Source: Chitinophaga pinensis
Lineage (GTDB): Bacteria; Bacteroidota; Bacteroidia; Chitinophagales; CAMDFR01
Length of the DNA: 64,000 nucleotides
Assembly (NCBI GenBank): GCA_945897725.1
Contig: CAMDFR010000007.1
Coordinates: 22,022-86,021, forward strand
Direction of reading: 5' to 3'
Below the pieces are notes generated by a model. The model worked only from the letters and a program-made list of their open reading frames with translations. It was not told the origin of the DNA and did no database searches. This document shows, in pieces, positions 30,232 through 40,129 of this stretch (the first letter of the stretch is position 1; each line of letters opens with the position of its first letter). The position numbers and the translations under genes were made by a program.

Positions 30232-31428
30232 ATGAATGAATGTTCTATAATATATCCCAAGTCTATTATGCTTCCGGCCAATTATCAAATAGAGTGTTAT
30301 GATAATGCCCATGCACTGCATCATACAGCATGGTCTACCTTGACCAAAGATGATTTATTTTATCAGATAGATTATCTAGAAGAGGTGGAAAAAACTTGCA
30401 AAGAATTTTTAAAACCTCATTACGGAATTGCCTATGATAATGGTGAAGCAGTAGGTGCTTTCTATTTTCAGTTGGTTCAGTTTAAAGGAGAACAATTGCT
30501 GTCTTTTTTTTCTAAAGAGCATCAGAAACTTTGGTTTAAGCTATGTATTCAGAAACCCATTTCTTTTTTGTTAAAAAAAATAGATACACCTCTGTTGGTA
30601 TTGGGTAATCTCTTACAGACAAATCATGGAGGTATTTTTTTTAGTGATGATATTTCCAGTCCTAAAGAAAAAGCAGCAATAGTTGAGGCACTTTGTCGTA
30701 AGACTCAATTGCAATGTCATGCATCTGCCATACTCATCACAAACATCTATGATAGTGATGAGCATTTTTTAAAAAGTCTGAATCCGACCTTTCATATGTT
30801 TCATAGCGAACCAGATTTGCAAATGAATCTAGCCAAGGAATGGAAAACGTTTGATGATTATGTACAGACCTTACAATCTAAGTATAGAGTAAGAGCAAAG
30901 AAAATTTTGAAAGAAAGTGCCGGAATAGAAACGAGGTTGTTAAGCTTAACAGAAATTGAATATTATCAAAAACAGATTTTCCAACTCAATAGAAATGTGA
31001 TGAAGCATGTTAAGTTTAGTTTGGGTGATATCTCAGAGAGCTACTTTTATGATGTGGCAAAGTATTTTGGAGATAAGTTTAGCATCAATGCATATTTTAA
31101 AGATGGAGAACTCATAGGTTTTTCAAGTATGATTACAGAAAAGCGCATTCTCAATTCCCATTTTATAGGGATGAATTATGATTTTGTAAATACACATAAG
31201 TTGTATAATCGTATTTTATACGATAATCTGTGCTTTGCCTTGGAACGTGGTCTTGAGGTGGTAAAATATGGACGAACGGCAACAGAAATCAAGACAACTA
31301 TTGGTGCGAAACCTTTTCCGATGATAAACTATCTTAAACATCGGAACCCCTTGATCAATTTCTTTGTGCCTAGAGCGTTAAAATTGCTTAAAGCCCCTGA
31401 ATTTACCTCTAGAAACCCTTTTAAATAA
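30232..31428 (+). CDS. Hypothetical protein, possibly a FemAB-like/GNAT-fold (Acetyltransf_6-type) acyltransferase.
   Basis: About 400 aa with a C-terminal region resembling FemAB/CelD-like GNAT proteins. Weak recognition only. Confidence 0.35.
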   Translation: MNECSIIYPKSIMLPANYQIECYDNAHALHHTAWSTLTKDDLFYQIDYLEEVEKTCKEFLKPHYGIAYDNGEAVGAFYFQLVQFKGEQLLSFFSKEHQKLWFKLCIQKPISFLLKKIDTPLLVLGNLLQTNHGGIFFSDDISSPKEKAAIVEALCRKTQLQCHASAILITNIYDSDEHFLKSLNPTFHMFHSEPDLQMNLAKEWKTFDDYVQTLQSKYRVRAKKILKESAGIETRLLSLTEIEYYQKQIFQLNRNVMKHVKFSLGDISESYFYDVAKYFGDKFSINAYFKDGELIGFSSMITEKRILNSHFIGMNYDFVNTHKLYNRILYDNLCFALERGLEVVKYGRTATEIKTTIGAKPFPMINYLKHRNPLINFFVPRALKLLKAPEFTSRNPFK

Positions 31429-31493
31429 TACTTTTACATCTGATATTTATTTCATAAATTTATATTAATATTTTACATCTAAAAACAAATGAC

Positions 31494-32507
31494 ATGGGCT
31501 TAATGGATTTTATCAAGAATGAACTTATAGAAATCATTGAATGGGTGGAACAAGACCCAAGGATGGTGATGTATAAGTTTCAAGACAAAGGCAATAATAT
31601 TAAATATGGTGCTCAATTAACTGTTCGCGAATCTCAGATGGCAATCATTGTAAACGAAGGACAGATCGCGGATGTTTTCGCTCCTGGTCGTCACGAATTA
31701 GTCACTGCCAATGTTCCGATCTTAACGACGCTGAAAGGATGGAAATACGGCTTTCAATCACCATTTAAAGTGGATATTTATTTTGTGAGTACAAAACAAT
31801 TCACGAATTTAAAATGGGGAACGCCAAACCCAGTGTTAATGCGTGATCCAGAGTTTAAACAAGTACGTGTGAAAGCCTTTGGAACTTATTTTATCAAGGT
31901 AAAAGATCCCAAGTTATTTTTTAATGAATATGCGGGCACCTATCCAGTATTAATGATTGATAATATTGAGGATCATATGCGAGATATCGTTTCACCTAAA
32001 TTTGCTGAAGCACTGGGTGAGGCTAAAGTTGCGGTGCTCGACATGGTTTCTAATTACACAGAATTAGGTACTGTTATCGCACCTATCTTGCAAAAAGATT
32101 TTGATCCATTTGGTATTGAGTTAACAAAGTTCCAAATTACTTCTACTACCTTACCTGAAGAAGTGTTGGCCTTCTACGATAAGATGACAAGCATTAATAT
32201 GGTCGGTGATATGAATAAATTTGCTCAATTTCAATCTGCCAATGCGATTGAAGATGCAGCGAAAAATCCTGGTGGCGCTGCTGGTGCTGGTGTTGGAATC
32301 GGTGCTGGAATTGGCTTAGGTAATATGATGGCACAAAATATGATGAATGCACAGGCAAACCAAAACGCAGCCGCGGCTGCTCCTGTAGCTCCTGCAAAGG
32401 ATGATATTATGAAAATGCTAAAGGACTTGGGCGAGTTAAAAGCAGCAGGTATTTTGACAGAAGAAGAATTTGCAGCAAAGAAAACGGAATTACTAGCGAA
32501 GCTCTAG
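31494..32507 (+). CDS. SPFH/Band-7 domain protein with a C-terminal SHOCT domain.
   Basis: The N-terminal MGLMDFIKNELIEIIEWVEQDP start is typical of the Band_7_1 family. A Gly/Ala/Asn/Gln-rich linker follows. The C-terminal MKMLKDLGELKAAGILTEEEFAAKKTELLAKL matches SHOCT. Confidence 0.75.
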   Translation: MGLMDFIKNELIEIIEWVEQDPRMVMYKFQDKGNNIKYGAQLTVRESQMAIIVNEGQIADVFAPGRHELVTANVPILTTLKGWKYGFQSPFKVDIYFVSTKQFTNLKWGTPNPVLMRDPEFKQVRVKAFGTYFIKVKDPKLFFNEYAGTYPVLMIDNIEDHMRDIVSPKFAEALGEAKVAVLDMVSNYTELGTVIAPILQKDFDPFGIELTKFQITSTTLPEEVLAFYDKMTSINMVGDMNKFAQFQSANAIEDAAKNPGGAAGAGVGIGAGIGLGNMMAQNMMNAQANQNAAAAAPVAPAKDDIMKMLKDLGELKAAGILTEEEFAAKKTELLAKL

Positions 32508-32805
32508 TGATCTGTTTTATGAATACAAAAATGGCTTCGAAGATGCAGCTGTCTTTTCTTTTGTATTATTTGCAGTCGGTGCCATCATTCCTGTTTTTCC
32601 CTTTATGTTTTTAAAAGGAAATTCCGCCATTTTGATAAGTGTCTTCTCAAGTGCCTTTGGGCTATTTTTGATCGGAGCTGCGATTACTTTATTTACAGGA
32701 AGAAGTATTTGGTATTCAGGGTTTCGACAAGTATTGTTTGGACTAGTGGCAGCCGCCATTACCTTTGGTATTGGAAAGTTGATAGGTGTTAGTTTAGCTG
32801 CTTAA
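32497..32805 (+). pseudogene. C-terminal remnant of a VIT1/CCC1-family iron/manganese transporter gene.
   Basis: The in-frame translation EDAAVFSFVLFAVGAIIPVFPFMFL...LFLIGAAITLFTGRSIWYSGFRQVLFGLVAAAITFGIGKLIGV matches the last two TM helices and the conserved tail of VIT-family proteins. Only about 95 codons are open before the upstream stop at 32494..32496. The first ATG is at 32605, which would give a 66-aa remnant. The N-terminal two-thirds of a normal VIT protein (about 230 aa) is absent. Confidence 0.6.
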
Positions 32806-32998
32806 CTAAAAGATCTATTTTTTTACTTGCATAAAAAACATATATAGATAGAATTTATTCATCTATTCCTTGTAATTGTCATAAGCACTTTATTAAGTAC
32901 TTCAAATTGCTTACTTTTACAATGATGCAATGATTAGATATTGTTATTGGAATATCTAGACATTGCAATTTTTTTCACACCCGATATCATTCATTTAT

Positions 32999-33964
32999 AT
33001 GAATTCATTTAAAAAGAACAACATGTCAACTTCGCTAAGATTATTTGTTTTGATTGCATCTGTATGCCTTTCTAGCTTGTCTTTCGGACAACTGTCTGAA
33101 AAGAATTATAAAATCTATTCTGTAAAAGCGGGTAAAGAAGTTACCCTAAATGACATTGCAGAAGATATGAAAACCGCACAAGTGCTTTTTTATGGTGAAG
33201 AACATAATGACTCAGTAACACATTATTTAGAAAATAAAATGTTGGTGACCCTTCATCAAATGTTTGGTGCAAATATTGCACTCTCGATGGAGATGTTTGA
33301 TAGGGATGTACAACCTGTGATGAACGAATATTTGAATGGCGATATTCGGGAAAAATATTTTATCAAAGACGCAAAGGTCTGGAGCAATTATAAAGATTAT
33401 AAACCAATGGTTGAGTTTGCCAAAGCAAATAAGCTAGATGTCGTTTGCGCCAACGCACCATCAAGATATACGAACATTGCAGGAAGAAAAGGTGAGCAGG
33501 GCTTGATGTCATTGTCGCCCGAATCTAAAAAGTTTTTTGCTCCATTACCCTATGACACTGCCTCTGGTAAGTATTACGAGAAGCTAATGAATTTAACCTC
33601 TCACGATCCAGCACCAGCACCTAGCACGGACACAACAAAGAAAATGGTAGCACCTATAGGTATGGGAGGCTTTAATTTAGTGCTAGGACAATCTTTATGG
33701 GATGCTACGATGGCATATTCCATTGCCCAATATTTGAAAGCCCACAAGGATAAAAAGCTGATGCAAGTCAATGGTCGTTTTCATAGCGATGAAGGATTTG
33801 CGATTGTCACCCAATTAAAAAAATATAGCCCTAAAACAAAAGTCCTTATCATTTCTACTGGTTCAGATGAATCATTCCCGAACATCAATTGGAATGATTT
33901 TAAAATGCAAGGAGACTATATCATCGTCACGGATCCGAATATTCCAAAGACCTTTGAAGATTAA
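32999..33964 (+). CDS. ChaN-like (haem-binding uptake / Tiki superfamily) secreted protein, putative iron-regulated.
   Basis: Signal peptide. The VLFYGEEHNDSVTHYLENKML segment resembles the conserved GxxH region of ChaN/Cofac_haem_bdg proteins. It lies adjacent to an NRAMP transporter. The ORF track begins at 32963, but the signal peptide suggests 32999 or 33023. Confidence 0.5.
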   Translation: MNSFKKNNMSTSLRLFVLIASVCLSSLSFGQLSEKNYKIYSVKAGKEVTLNDIAEDMKTAQVLFYGEEHNDSVTHYLENKMLVTLHQMFGANIALSMEMFDRDVQPVMNEYLNGDIREKYFIKDAKVWSNYKDYKPMVEFAKANKLDVVCANAPSRYTNIAGRKGEQGLMSLSPESKKFFAPLPYDTASGKYYEKLMNLTSHDPAPAPSTDTTKKMVAPIGMGGFNLVLGQSLWDATMAYSIAQYLKAHKDKKLMQVNGRFHSDEGFAIVTQLKKYSPKTKVLIISTGSDESFPNINWNDFKMQGDYIIVTDPNIPKTFED

Positions 33965-33997
33965 TAGAAGATTACCGAATAAATGTAGGAGAATGCA

Positions 33998-35272
33998 ATG
34001 AGTTCGCATAAAGACAACACATCGAGACTGATGAAATTCTGGAAATTGCTAGGTCCAGGATTGATTACGGGAGCTAGTGATGATGACCCCTCAGGTATTG
34101 CGACTTATTCACAGGCGGGTGCAGCATATGGCCTATCAACCCTCTGGACAGCATTGATCGCCTTTCCCCTTATGGCTGCTATCCAAAAAATGTGTGCCAC
34201 TATTGGGATTGTTACCTCGCAAGGTCTTACAGGCACCTTAAAAAAGCATTATCCAAAATCGATTTTATATTTGATGGTGCTCTTTAGTTTTCCTGGTATC
34301 GTCTTGAATATTGGTGCGGATATAGCAGGCATGGGTGCTGTGGGTAATTTATTGTTTCCAAAAATAGAATCTACCTATTTCAGCGTTTTTTTTACCATAT
34401 TACTTTTGGTGCTCATCATCTACCTACCTTATCAAAAGATTGCCTCTATTCTTAAATATTTGTGCATCGTACTGCTCGTTTATTTAGTAGTTCCATTTTT
34501 GTATAAGCAAGATGTTTTACTGATTCTAAAATCAGCAGTCATTCCAAGTTTGCAATTCAATAAAAAATATGTGGCTATCCTTGTTGGAATACTTGGTACG
34601 ACAATCTCTCCTTATTTATTTTTTTGGCAAGCATCCATGGAGGTAGAAGAGATGAAACACAAGACAAAACATTTGGTGGTCAACAAAAACATCATTCATG
34701 ACATGAAACAAGATGTCGATTTTGGAATGTCCTTTTCTGGAATCGTTATGTTTTTTATTATTCTCACAACGGGAACTGTTTTATATAATAATGGAATACA
34801 TCAAATAGACACCGTGGAGCAGGCAGCACTTGCGCTCAAACCTTTGGCGGGAAATTTTGCCTACCTACTTTTTGCAATTGGAGTCATTGGAACGGGACTT
34901 TTGGCTATACCGGTTTTGAGTGGATCACTATCCTATATTATAAGCGAAACTTTTGGATGGGAGCAAGGCTTGGATAAAAAATTTCATGAAGCAAAAGCTT
35001 TTTATCTTGTTATTGCCGTTTCATTAATGTTGGGACTATCTCTCAGTTACATTGGTATTACACCTATACAGGCTTTAATTTATTCTGCCATTTTGTACGG
35101 ACTTACAGCGCCAGTTTTAATCGCCATTATCCTTCATATTTCTAATAATAAGGAAGTGATGGGTATATACACAAATAACAAACTAACGAATGTATTAGGT
35201 TTTATCACCTTATTTTTGATGACAATTGCAGCAATCACATTGCTCTATTTTCAGTTTTTTGCAGCAGAATGA
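33998..35272 (+). CDS. mntH: NRAMP-family divalent metal cation (Mn2+/Fe2+) transporter.
   Basis: LGPGLITGASDDDPSGIATYSQAGAAYG matches the NRAMP signature. About 11 TM helices. Confidence 0.9.
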   Translation: MSSHKDNTSRLMKFWKLLGPGLITGASDDDPSGIATYSQAGAAYGLSTLWTALIAFPLMAAIQKMCATIGIVTSQGLTGTLKKHYPKSILYLMVLFSFPGIVLNIGADIAGMGAVGNLLFPKIESTYFSVFFTILLLVLIIYLPYQKIASILKYLCIVLLVYLVVPFLYKQDVLLILKSAVIPSLQFNKKYVAILVGILGTTISPYLFFWQASMEVEEMKHKTKHLVVNKNIIHDMKQDVDFGMSFSGIVMFFIILTTGTVLYNNGIHQIDTVEQAALALKPLAGNFAYLLFAIGVIGTGLLAIPVLSGSLSYIISETFGWEQGLDKKFHEAKAFYLVIAVSLMLGLSLSYIGITPIQALIYSAILYGLTAPVLIAIILHISNNKEVMGIYTNNKLTNVLGFITLFLMTIAAITLLYFQFFAAE

Positions 35273-35367
35273 GCCACGCTTAGTAGTTATTATTTAACAT
35301 TTCTTGTAGCTTATCGGCTAACACTCATATGCTTTGAGTCGTTATCTTTATAATCATTAAAAAAAAT

Positions 35368-35775
35368 ATGATGGACAGAAAAAAATTTTTAGCACAAGTT
35401 GGAATGGGTGCAGCAGCATTATTAGTCCCAGCATGTATGGGTGGTTTATCAAGTTGTAAAAAAACAGATACCAACCCTACGAAGGATTTTACAGTAGATG
35501 TTAGTTCAGGTTCATTAGCTACCAATGGTGGATTTATGGTGAGTAATGGTGTCATCATTGCCCGCACCAATTCAGGATCTTTTTTGGCTGTAGCTGCAGC
35601 ATGTACTCATGAAGGTACAAATATCAACTACAATCCTAGTGGGAATAATTTTATATGTCCAAATCATGGCGCTCAATTTGACAGTACTGGGAATGTTACC
35701 CAAGGTCCTGCATCAAACAATCTCACAAGGTATAATACGACACTTACAGGAAATAGTCTCAGAGTATTTTCATAG
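35368..35775 (+). CDS. Rieske [2Fe-2S] domain lipoprotein.
   Basis: CTHEG...CPNHGAQFD matches the CxH...CxxH Rieske ligand boxes. N-terminal signal with lipobox (LSSCKK). Confidence 0.7.
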   Translation: MMDRKKFLAQVGMGAAALLVPACMGGLSSCKKTDTNPTKDFTVDVSSGSLATNGGFMVSNGVIIARTNSGSFLAVAAACTHEGTNINYNPSGNNFICPNHGAQFDSTGNVTQGPASNNLTRYNTTLTGNSLRVFS

Positions 35776-35793
35776 TCTGTTGAGGTTTTGAAT

Positions 35794-35823
35794 ATAAGTT
35801 GTCAAATAGCTTTTTCAACTTAT
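35794..35823. terminator. Hairpin between the convergent Rieske (+) and arginase-family (-) genes; possible weak bidirectional terminator.
   Basis: ATAAGTTG-N14-CAACTTAT forms an 8-bp stem, but the flanking T-runs are weak. Confidence 0.35.
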
Positions 35824-35891
35824 TTCTACCGCCAAGATCGATTTAAAAAATAGGGACTTTTGATTTATGTTTATTGAGGAAAATAGCTGCC

Positions 35892-36941
35892 TTAGACCTT
35901 TGTCTTACAGAAAATTTCTGCCATCATGCAAAGCTTATAAAGCACCCTTGCACCAACATTTCCATCCCATTCGCTGGAGCCAACTTCTACAAGGTCAAAA
36001 CCAATAATTTTTCGTCCACTTTCTTCAATTTTCCCAATCAAATAATGAACCATTTCTAGCTCTAAACCTCCAGGAACAGGCGTTCCTGTGCCAGGACAAA
36101 GTTTTGGATCCAAACCATCAATATCATAACTTACATATACAAGACTTGGTAATTCTTTCACAATTTTTTCGCAGAGAAAATCCCAATTCTTACCAAGAAA
36201 AAGTTGTTCTTTAAGATACGGATCAAAGAAGCTGACAATTCTGCCTTCACTATCATTAATGGCATTCATTTCTTCATGACTGATATCACGAACGCCCACT
36301 TGCACCAGTTTACTAATGTTTGGAAGTTTCATGGCATTGTACATGATGGAGGCATGACTGTATTCGAATCCTTCATAGGCTTCTCTTAAATCCGCGTGCG
36401 CATCAATATGAAGCACTCCAAATTTTTCATATTTATTGTTGAGGGCTTGTAAGTAACCCAGCGGCGTGCTGTGATCACCTCCTACTAGCCCTACCATTTT
36501 GCCCCTCGCCATTAAAGATGTTGTTTGTTCACAAACCCAGCTAACCATTTCAGCACATGCTTCATTTACCTCTTCCAAATTTTTTGATAAAGTTGGATTC
36601 GATTGAATATCGCCTCCTTTTTCTAAATATTTGATAATTTCATTGGCTTTCATTCTATTGTTTTTGCCTTTGGCTATCATCTCTTCTGAAATATCCAACA
36701 TAAAAATCCCAGATTCCCAACCGTCAGGATTATCAAAATCATACAAATCTACTTGCTGAGAAGCGTCTAAAATAGCTTGTGGTCCTTCGTGTGTTCCATA
36801 GCCATACGATACTGTTACATCCCAAGGCACTGGCAGTAATACAATATTCGATTCTTCAAAATTGAAGGGAAGGCCATATATACTGCCTTCTTTTCCTACA
36901 CCACTAGGGTCGTATTGGCTGATTTTTTCGTTTTTGTCCAT
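35892..36941 (-). CDS. Arginase/agmatinase/formimidoylglutamase-family metallohydrolase.
   Basis: Mn-binding motifs GGDHSTPLG, HIDAHADL and SYDIDGLDP. Confidence 0.85.
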   Translation of the reverse strand: MDKNEKISQYDPSGVGKEGSIYGLPFNFEESNIVLLPVPWDVTVSYGYGTHEGPQAILDASQQVDLYDFDNPDGWESGIFMLDISEEMIAKGKNNRMKANEIIKYLEKGGDIQSNPTLSKNLEEVNEACAEMVSWVCEQTTSLMARGKMVGLVGGDHSTPLGYLQALNNKYEKFGVLHIDAHADLREAYEGFEYSHASIMYNAMKLPNISKLVQVGVRDISHEEMNAINDSEGRIVSFFDPYLKEQLFLGKNWDFLCEKIVKELPSLVYVSYDIDGLDPKLCPGTGTPVPGGLELEMVHYLIGKIEESGRKIIGFDLVEVGSSEWDGNVGARVLYKLCMMAEIFCKTKV

Positions 36942-37067
36942 CTTAATCGATACTATAATTTGTAAGAATCAAAGTTAAAATTTATTATTAAGATTTTTTA
37001 GGTTTTTATTTCCTTATCTAATAACCTTTTCATTTACTTTTGTATCATCGTAACAAACTTAGGTCGT

Positions 37068-37478
37068 ATGAAAAAATTACATATTGTTGGTTTAGTGATG
37101 GTGGCTATCAGTATTGTTATCATTATACTTTTGTCCCAAGATTATACAACCTATGAGGCTTTTAGTGGTGCTATTAAAAATGAAGGCAAAGATGTGAAGG
37201 TGGTGGGCAATCTTGTACTAACTAAAGAAATTGCTTATGATCCCAAAACAGATGCGAACTATTTTTCCTTTTACATGAAAGATAAGGAAGGTGGCGAAAA
37301 CAAAGTGATCTTCAAAGGAGCACAGCCTCAAGATTTTCGCCGTTCCGAACAATTAGTATTAACTGGAAAAATGAAGGATGGTGTTTTCTATGCTTCGAAT
37401 ATCTTAATGAAATGTCCTTCCAAATATGTCAATAACGAGATAAAGGTGGTGCAGGAAGCCAGTCTAATCAAAAAGTAA
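37068..37478 (+). CDS. ccmE: Cytochrome c maturation haem chaperone CcmE-like protein.
   Basis: N-terminal membrane anchor followed by an OB-fold region (VKVVGNLV...SFYMKD...VIFKGAQPQDFRRSEQLVLTGK). It lies immediately upstream of a CcmF-like gene. Confidence 0.7.
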   Translation: MKKLHIVGLVMVAISIVIIILLSQDYTTYEAFSGAIKNEGKDVKVVGNLVLTKEIAYDPKTDANYFSFYMKDKEGGENKVIFKGAQPQDFRRSEQLVLTGKMKDGVFYASNILMKCPSKYVNNEIKVVQEASLIKK

Positions 37479-37535
37479 TATGTCCTTAATTCTAATGAAT
37501 AAATAATTAAATATTTAATAGCCCATTCTAGAAGA

Positions 37536-40091
37536 ATGGGCTATCAAATTTTTTATATCCTCCAAATAATGATGCAAATGACTATACACTATCAACCGCT
37601 TATGCTTTCAATTGGTGATTTTTTTATCAAACGATTTGGTGCGGGTGACTTTAAAAATGAGAATTTATGGCCCGCTCACATTGGCCAATTTTTAATTCTA
37701 CTAAGTTTCTTTGCATCTATACTAGCGACCATTACCTATATTTTCGCAGCTTTTAGTAAAGAAGAACAAGAACAATCCGCTTGGAATAAAATTGCAAGGT
37801 GGAGTTTTTATATTCATGGTTTCTCTATCCTATCGATCTTTGGAACGCTCTTCTACATCATTTTAAATCATCAATTCGAATACTATTATGCATGGCGACA
37901 TTCCTCTACTACCTTGCCTATTAAGTACATCATTTCATGCTTTTGGGAAGGTCAAGAGGGAAGTTTTCTTTTATGGCAGTTTTGGCATTTTGTACTAGGT
38001 GTGGTACTTATTAGAACAGCGAAGACATGGGAGAATCATACCATGGCATTTGTGAGTTTTACACAAGCGGTGATTGGAAGCATGTTGCTGGGCATTTATC
38101 TTTTTGGTAAAAAAATTGGTGTCAACCCATTTATGTTACTGCGCAATGAGATGATTGGTGCTCCTATCTTTCAGCAACCAAACTATTTGGCCATGATCAA
38201 AGATGGCAATGGCTTAAATAAATTACTTCAAAATTATTGGATGACAATTCATCCACCTGTGCTTTTCCTTGGTTTTGCTTCTACCACCATTCCTGCAGCT
38301 TTTGCCGTGGCTGCCTTAATCAAAAAAGATTTTTCTGGTTGGATCGCTAAATCTTTGCCATGGTCGGTCTTTAATGTGGCCGCCTTAGGTACTGGTATTA
38401 TTATGGGAGGTGCATGGGCATATGAAGCATTGAGCTTCGGTGGTTTTTGGGCTTGGGATCCTGTTGAAAATGCTTCTTTGGTACCTTGGCTTATCGCAGT
38501 AGCTGGACTACATTCGCTCCTCATTTATCGCAATACTAAAAATGGTCTTCAATTCGGATTTGTATTTGTTGTCTTGGCCTTTTTATTCATCTTGTATTCA
38601 ACCTTTTTAACAAGATCAGGTGTCTTGGGAGAAAGTTCGGTGCACTCTTTTACCGACGAAGGTTTGGGTTGGCAACTAGCTGCCATGGTACTTATTTTTC
38701 TGATCCCAATTGCCTTTTTATACACAAGGAGATTGTTTCAGATGACCGTGAATAAAGAGGAGGAGAATATGGGTTCCAGAGAGTTTTGGATGTTCATAGG
38801 AACTATGTTGCTTTTATTGGCTTCTTTCTTTATCATTAAAACAACCTCACTTGAATTATGGAATAAGATTTTTGGGACTAAATATTCTCAACCAGTAGAT
38901 ATCAAATTTCATTACAATAAAATCCAAGTGCTCTTCGCTATTATTGTAGCATTCTTAACGGCTTTTATCCAGTTTTTTGGCTATAAGAGAAGCAATTATA
39001 AAGGCATTGTATGGCTTTGGTCCTCAGCAGCTGTTGCCATTATACTTACTGCGATATCTGTGTACATTTATCATTTTTTACCTGATTTGAAAATGAAGCC
39101 GCAATTGGCTGATTGGTATATGTCCATTGGTAATAGCCTTTTATTATTCTGTGCTTATTTCTCCTTACTCGCCAATGTTAGCTATCTTTTTTCTCAATTG
39201 AAAGGCAAGGTATTATTGATGGGTGGTTCCATCTCTCATGCTGGATTTGCATTGATGCTCATTGGGATTGTAATATCACAATATAAGCAACAAGTGATCT
39301 CCACCAATATTGAAAGAATTGACTATGGAAAAGATTTTGATGAAAAGTCTAAAGAGGACAATAGATTGATGTATGCCAATGTTCCAGTACCTATGGATGA
39401 TTATCTCGTAACCTATACCGGAAAATATACCAATAACGAAATGCTTTTCTTTAAAGTGAATTATCATAATTGGAAAGATTCTAGCTCTAAAGATTTTAGT
39501 CTAGAACCATTCATGCAATTGGATAATAAGTCTGGCAGTCAGGTCGCTAATCCTTCCACAAAGCATTATTGGAACAAAGATATATTTACAAATTTAAGCT
39601 CTTATAGCACTGACAATGGAAAGGAGGGAGAGGCTGTTTTTGATACAGTGGCCATACACGACACTTTTTATTCGGCTAAAACTTTTATTGTGTTGGATAG
39701 CCTAATTGCAAATCCTCCTTCCGATAGTTTTGCATACGCAGAAGGTATTTTTGCTGTTGGTACCTCCTTAAAAATAGGCGACATGAATGGTAAAGTGTAC
39801 GAAGCAATGCCAGTGTATGTAATAGATACCAAAGGTGGCAATGAAGTCAATTCTTATCAATATTCTAATCCAGAGGCTGGCGTAAGAATAGCTATCATTC
39901 GCATTTTACCCGCAGAACAGAAAGTAATTTTTAGTCACACGGATATTACCAAACCAGATGATTTCATCATTATGCGGGCGATCGTCTTCCCTCAAATTAA
40001 TTTGCTATGGATTGGTGCTATTGTAATGGTTGCAGGTGCTTTGCTTGCAGTACTTAGAAGAGTGCTCGACAATAAGAGGATGAATATTTAA
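37536..40091 (+). CDS. ccmF: Cytochrome c-type biogenesis protein CcmF-like (haem lyase, WWD-domain family).
   Basis: WWD motif GGFWAWDPVENASLVPWL (compare E. coli CcmF WGGWWFWDPVENAS). Many TM helices. 851 aa with a C-terminal extension. Confidence 0.75.
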   Translation: MGYQIFYILQIMMQMTIHYQPLMLSIGDFFIKRFGAGDFKNENLWPAHIGQFLILLSFFASILATITYIFAAFSKEEQEQSAWNKIARWSFYIHGFSILSIFGTLFYIILNHQFEYYYAWRHSSTTLPIKYIISCFWEGQEGSFLLWQFWHFVLGVVLIRTAKTWENHTMAFVSFTQAVIGSMLLGIYLFGKKIGVNPFMLLRNEMIGAPIFQQPNYLAMIKDGNGLNKLLQNYWMTIHPPVLFLGFASTTIPAAFAVAALIKKDFSGWIAKSLPWSVFNVAALGTGIIMGGAWAYEALSFGGFWAWDPVENASLVPWLIAVAGLHSLLIYRNTKNGLQFGFVFVVLAFLFILYSTFLTRSGVLGESSVHSFTDEGLGWQLAAMVLIFLIPIAFLYTRRLFQMTVNKEEENMGSREFWMFIGTMLLLLASFFIIKTTSLELWNKIFGTKYSQPVDIKFHYNKIQVLFAIIVAFLTAFIQFFGYKRSNYKGIVWLWSSAAVAIILTAISVYIYHFLPDLKMKPQLADWYMSIGNSLLLFCAYFSLLANVSYLFSQLKGKVLLMGGSISHAGFALMLIGIVISQYKQQVISTNIERIDYGKDFDEKSKEDNRLMYANVPVPMDDYLVTYTGKYTNNEMLFFKVNYHNWKDSSSKDFSLEPFMQLDNKSGSQVANPSTKHYWNKDIFTNLSSYSTDNGKEGEAVFDTVAIHDTFYSAKTFIVLDSLIANPPSDSFAYAEGIFAVGTSLKIGDMNGKVYEAMPVYVIDTKGGNEVNSYQYSNPEAGVRIAIIRILPAEQKVIFSHTDITKPDDFIIMRAIVFPQINLLWIGAIVMVAGALLAVLRRVLDNKRMNI

Positions 40092-40129
40092 GATAAAGTT
40101 TTTTCTCTATTTTGTAAAAAAATGTAGAC

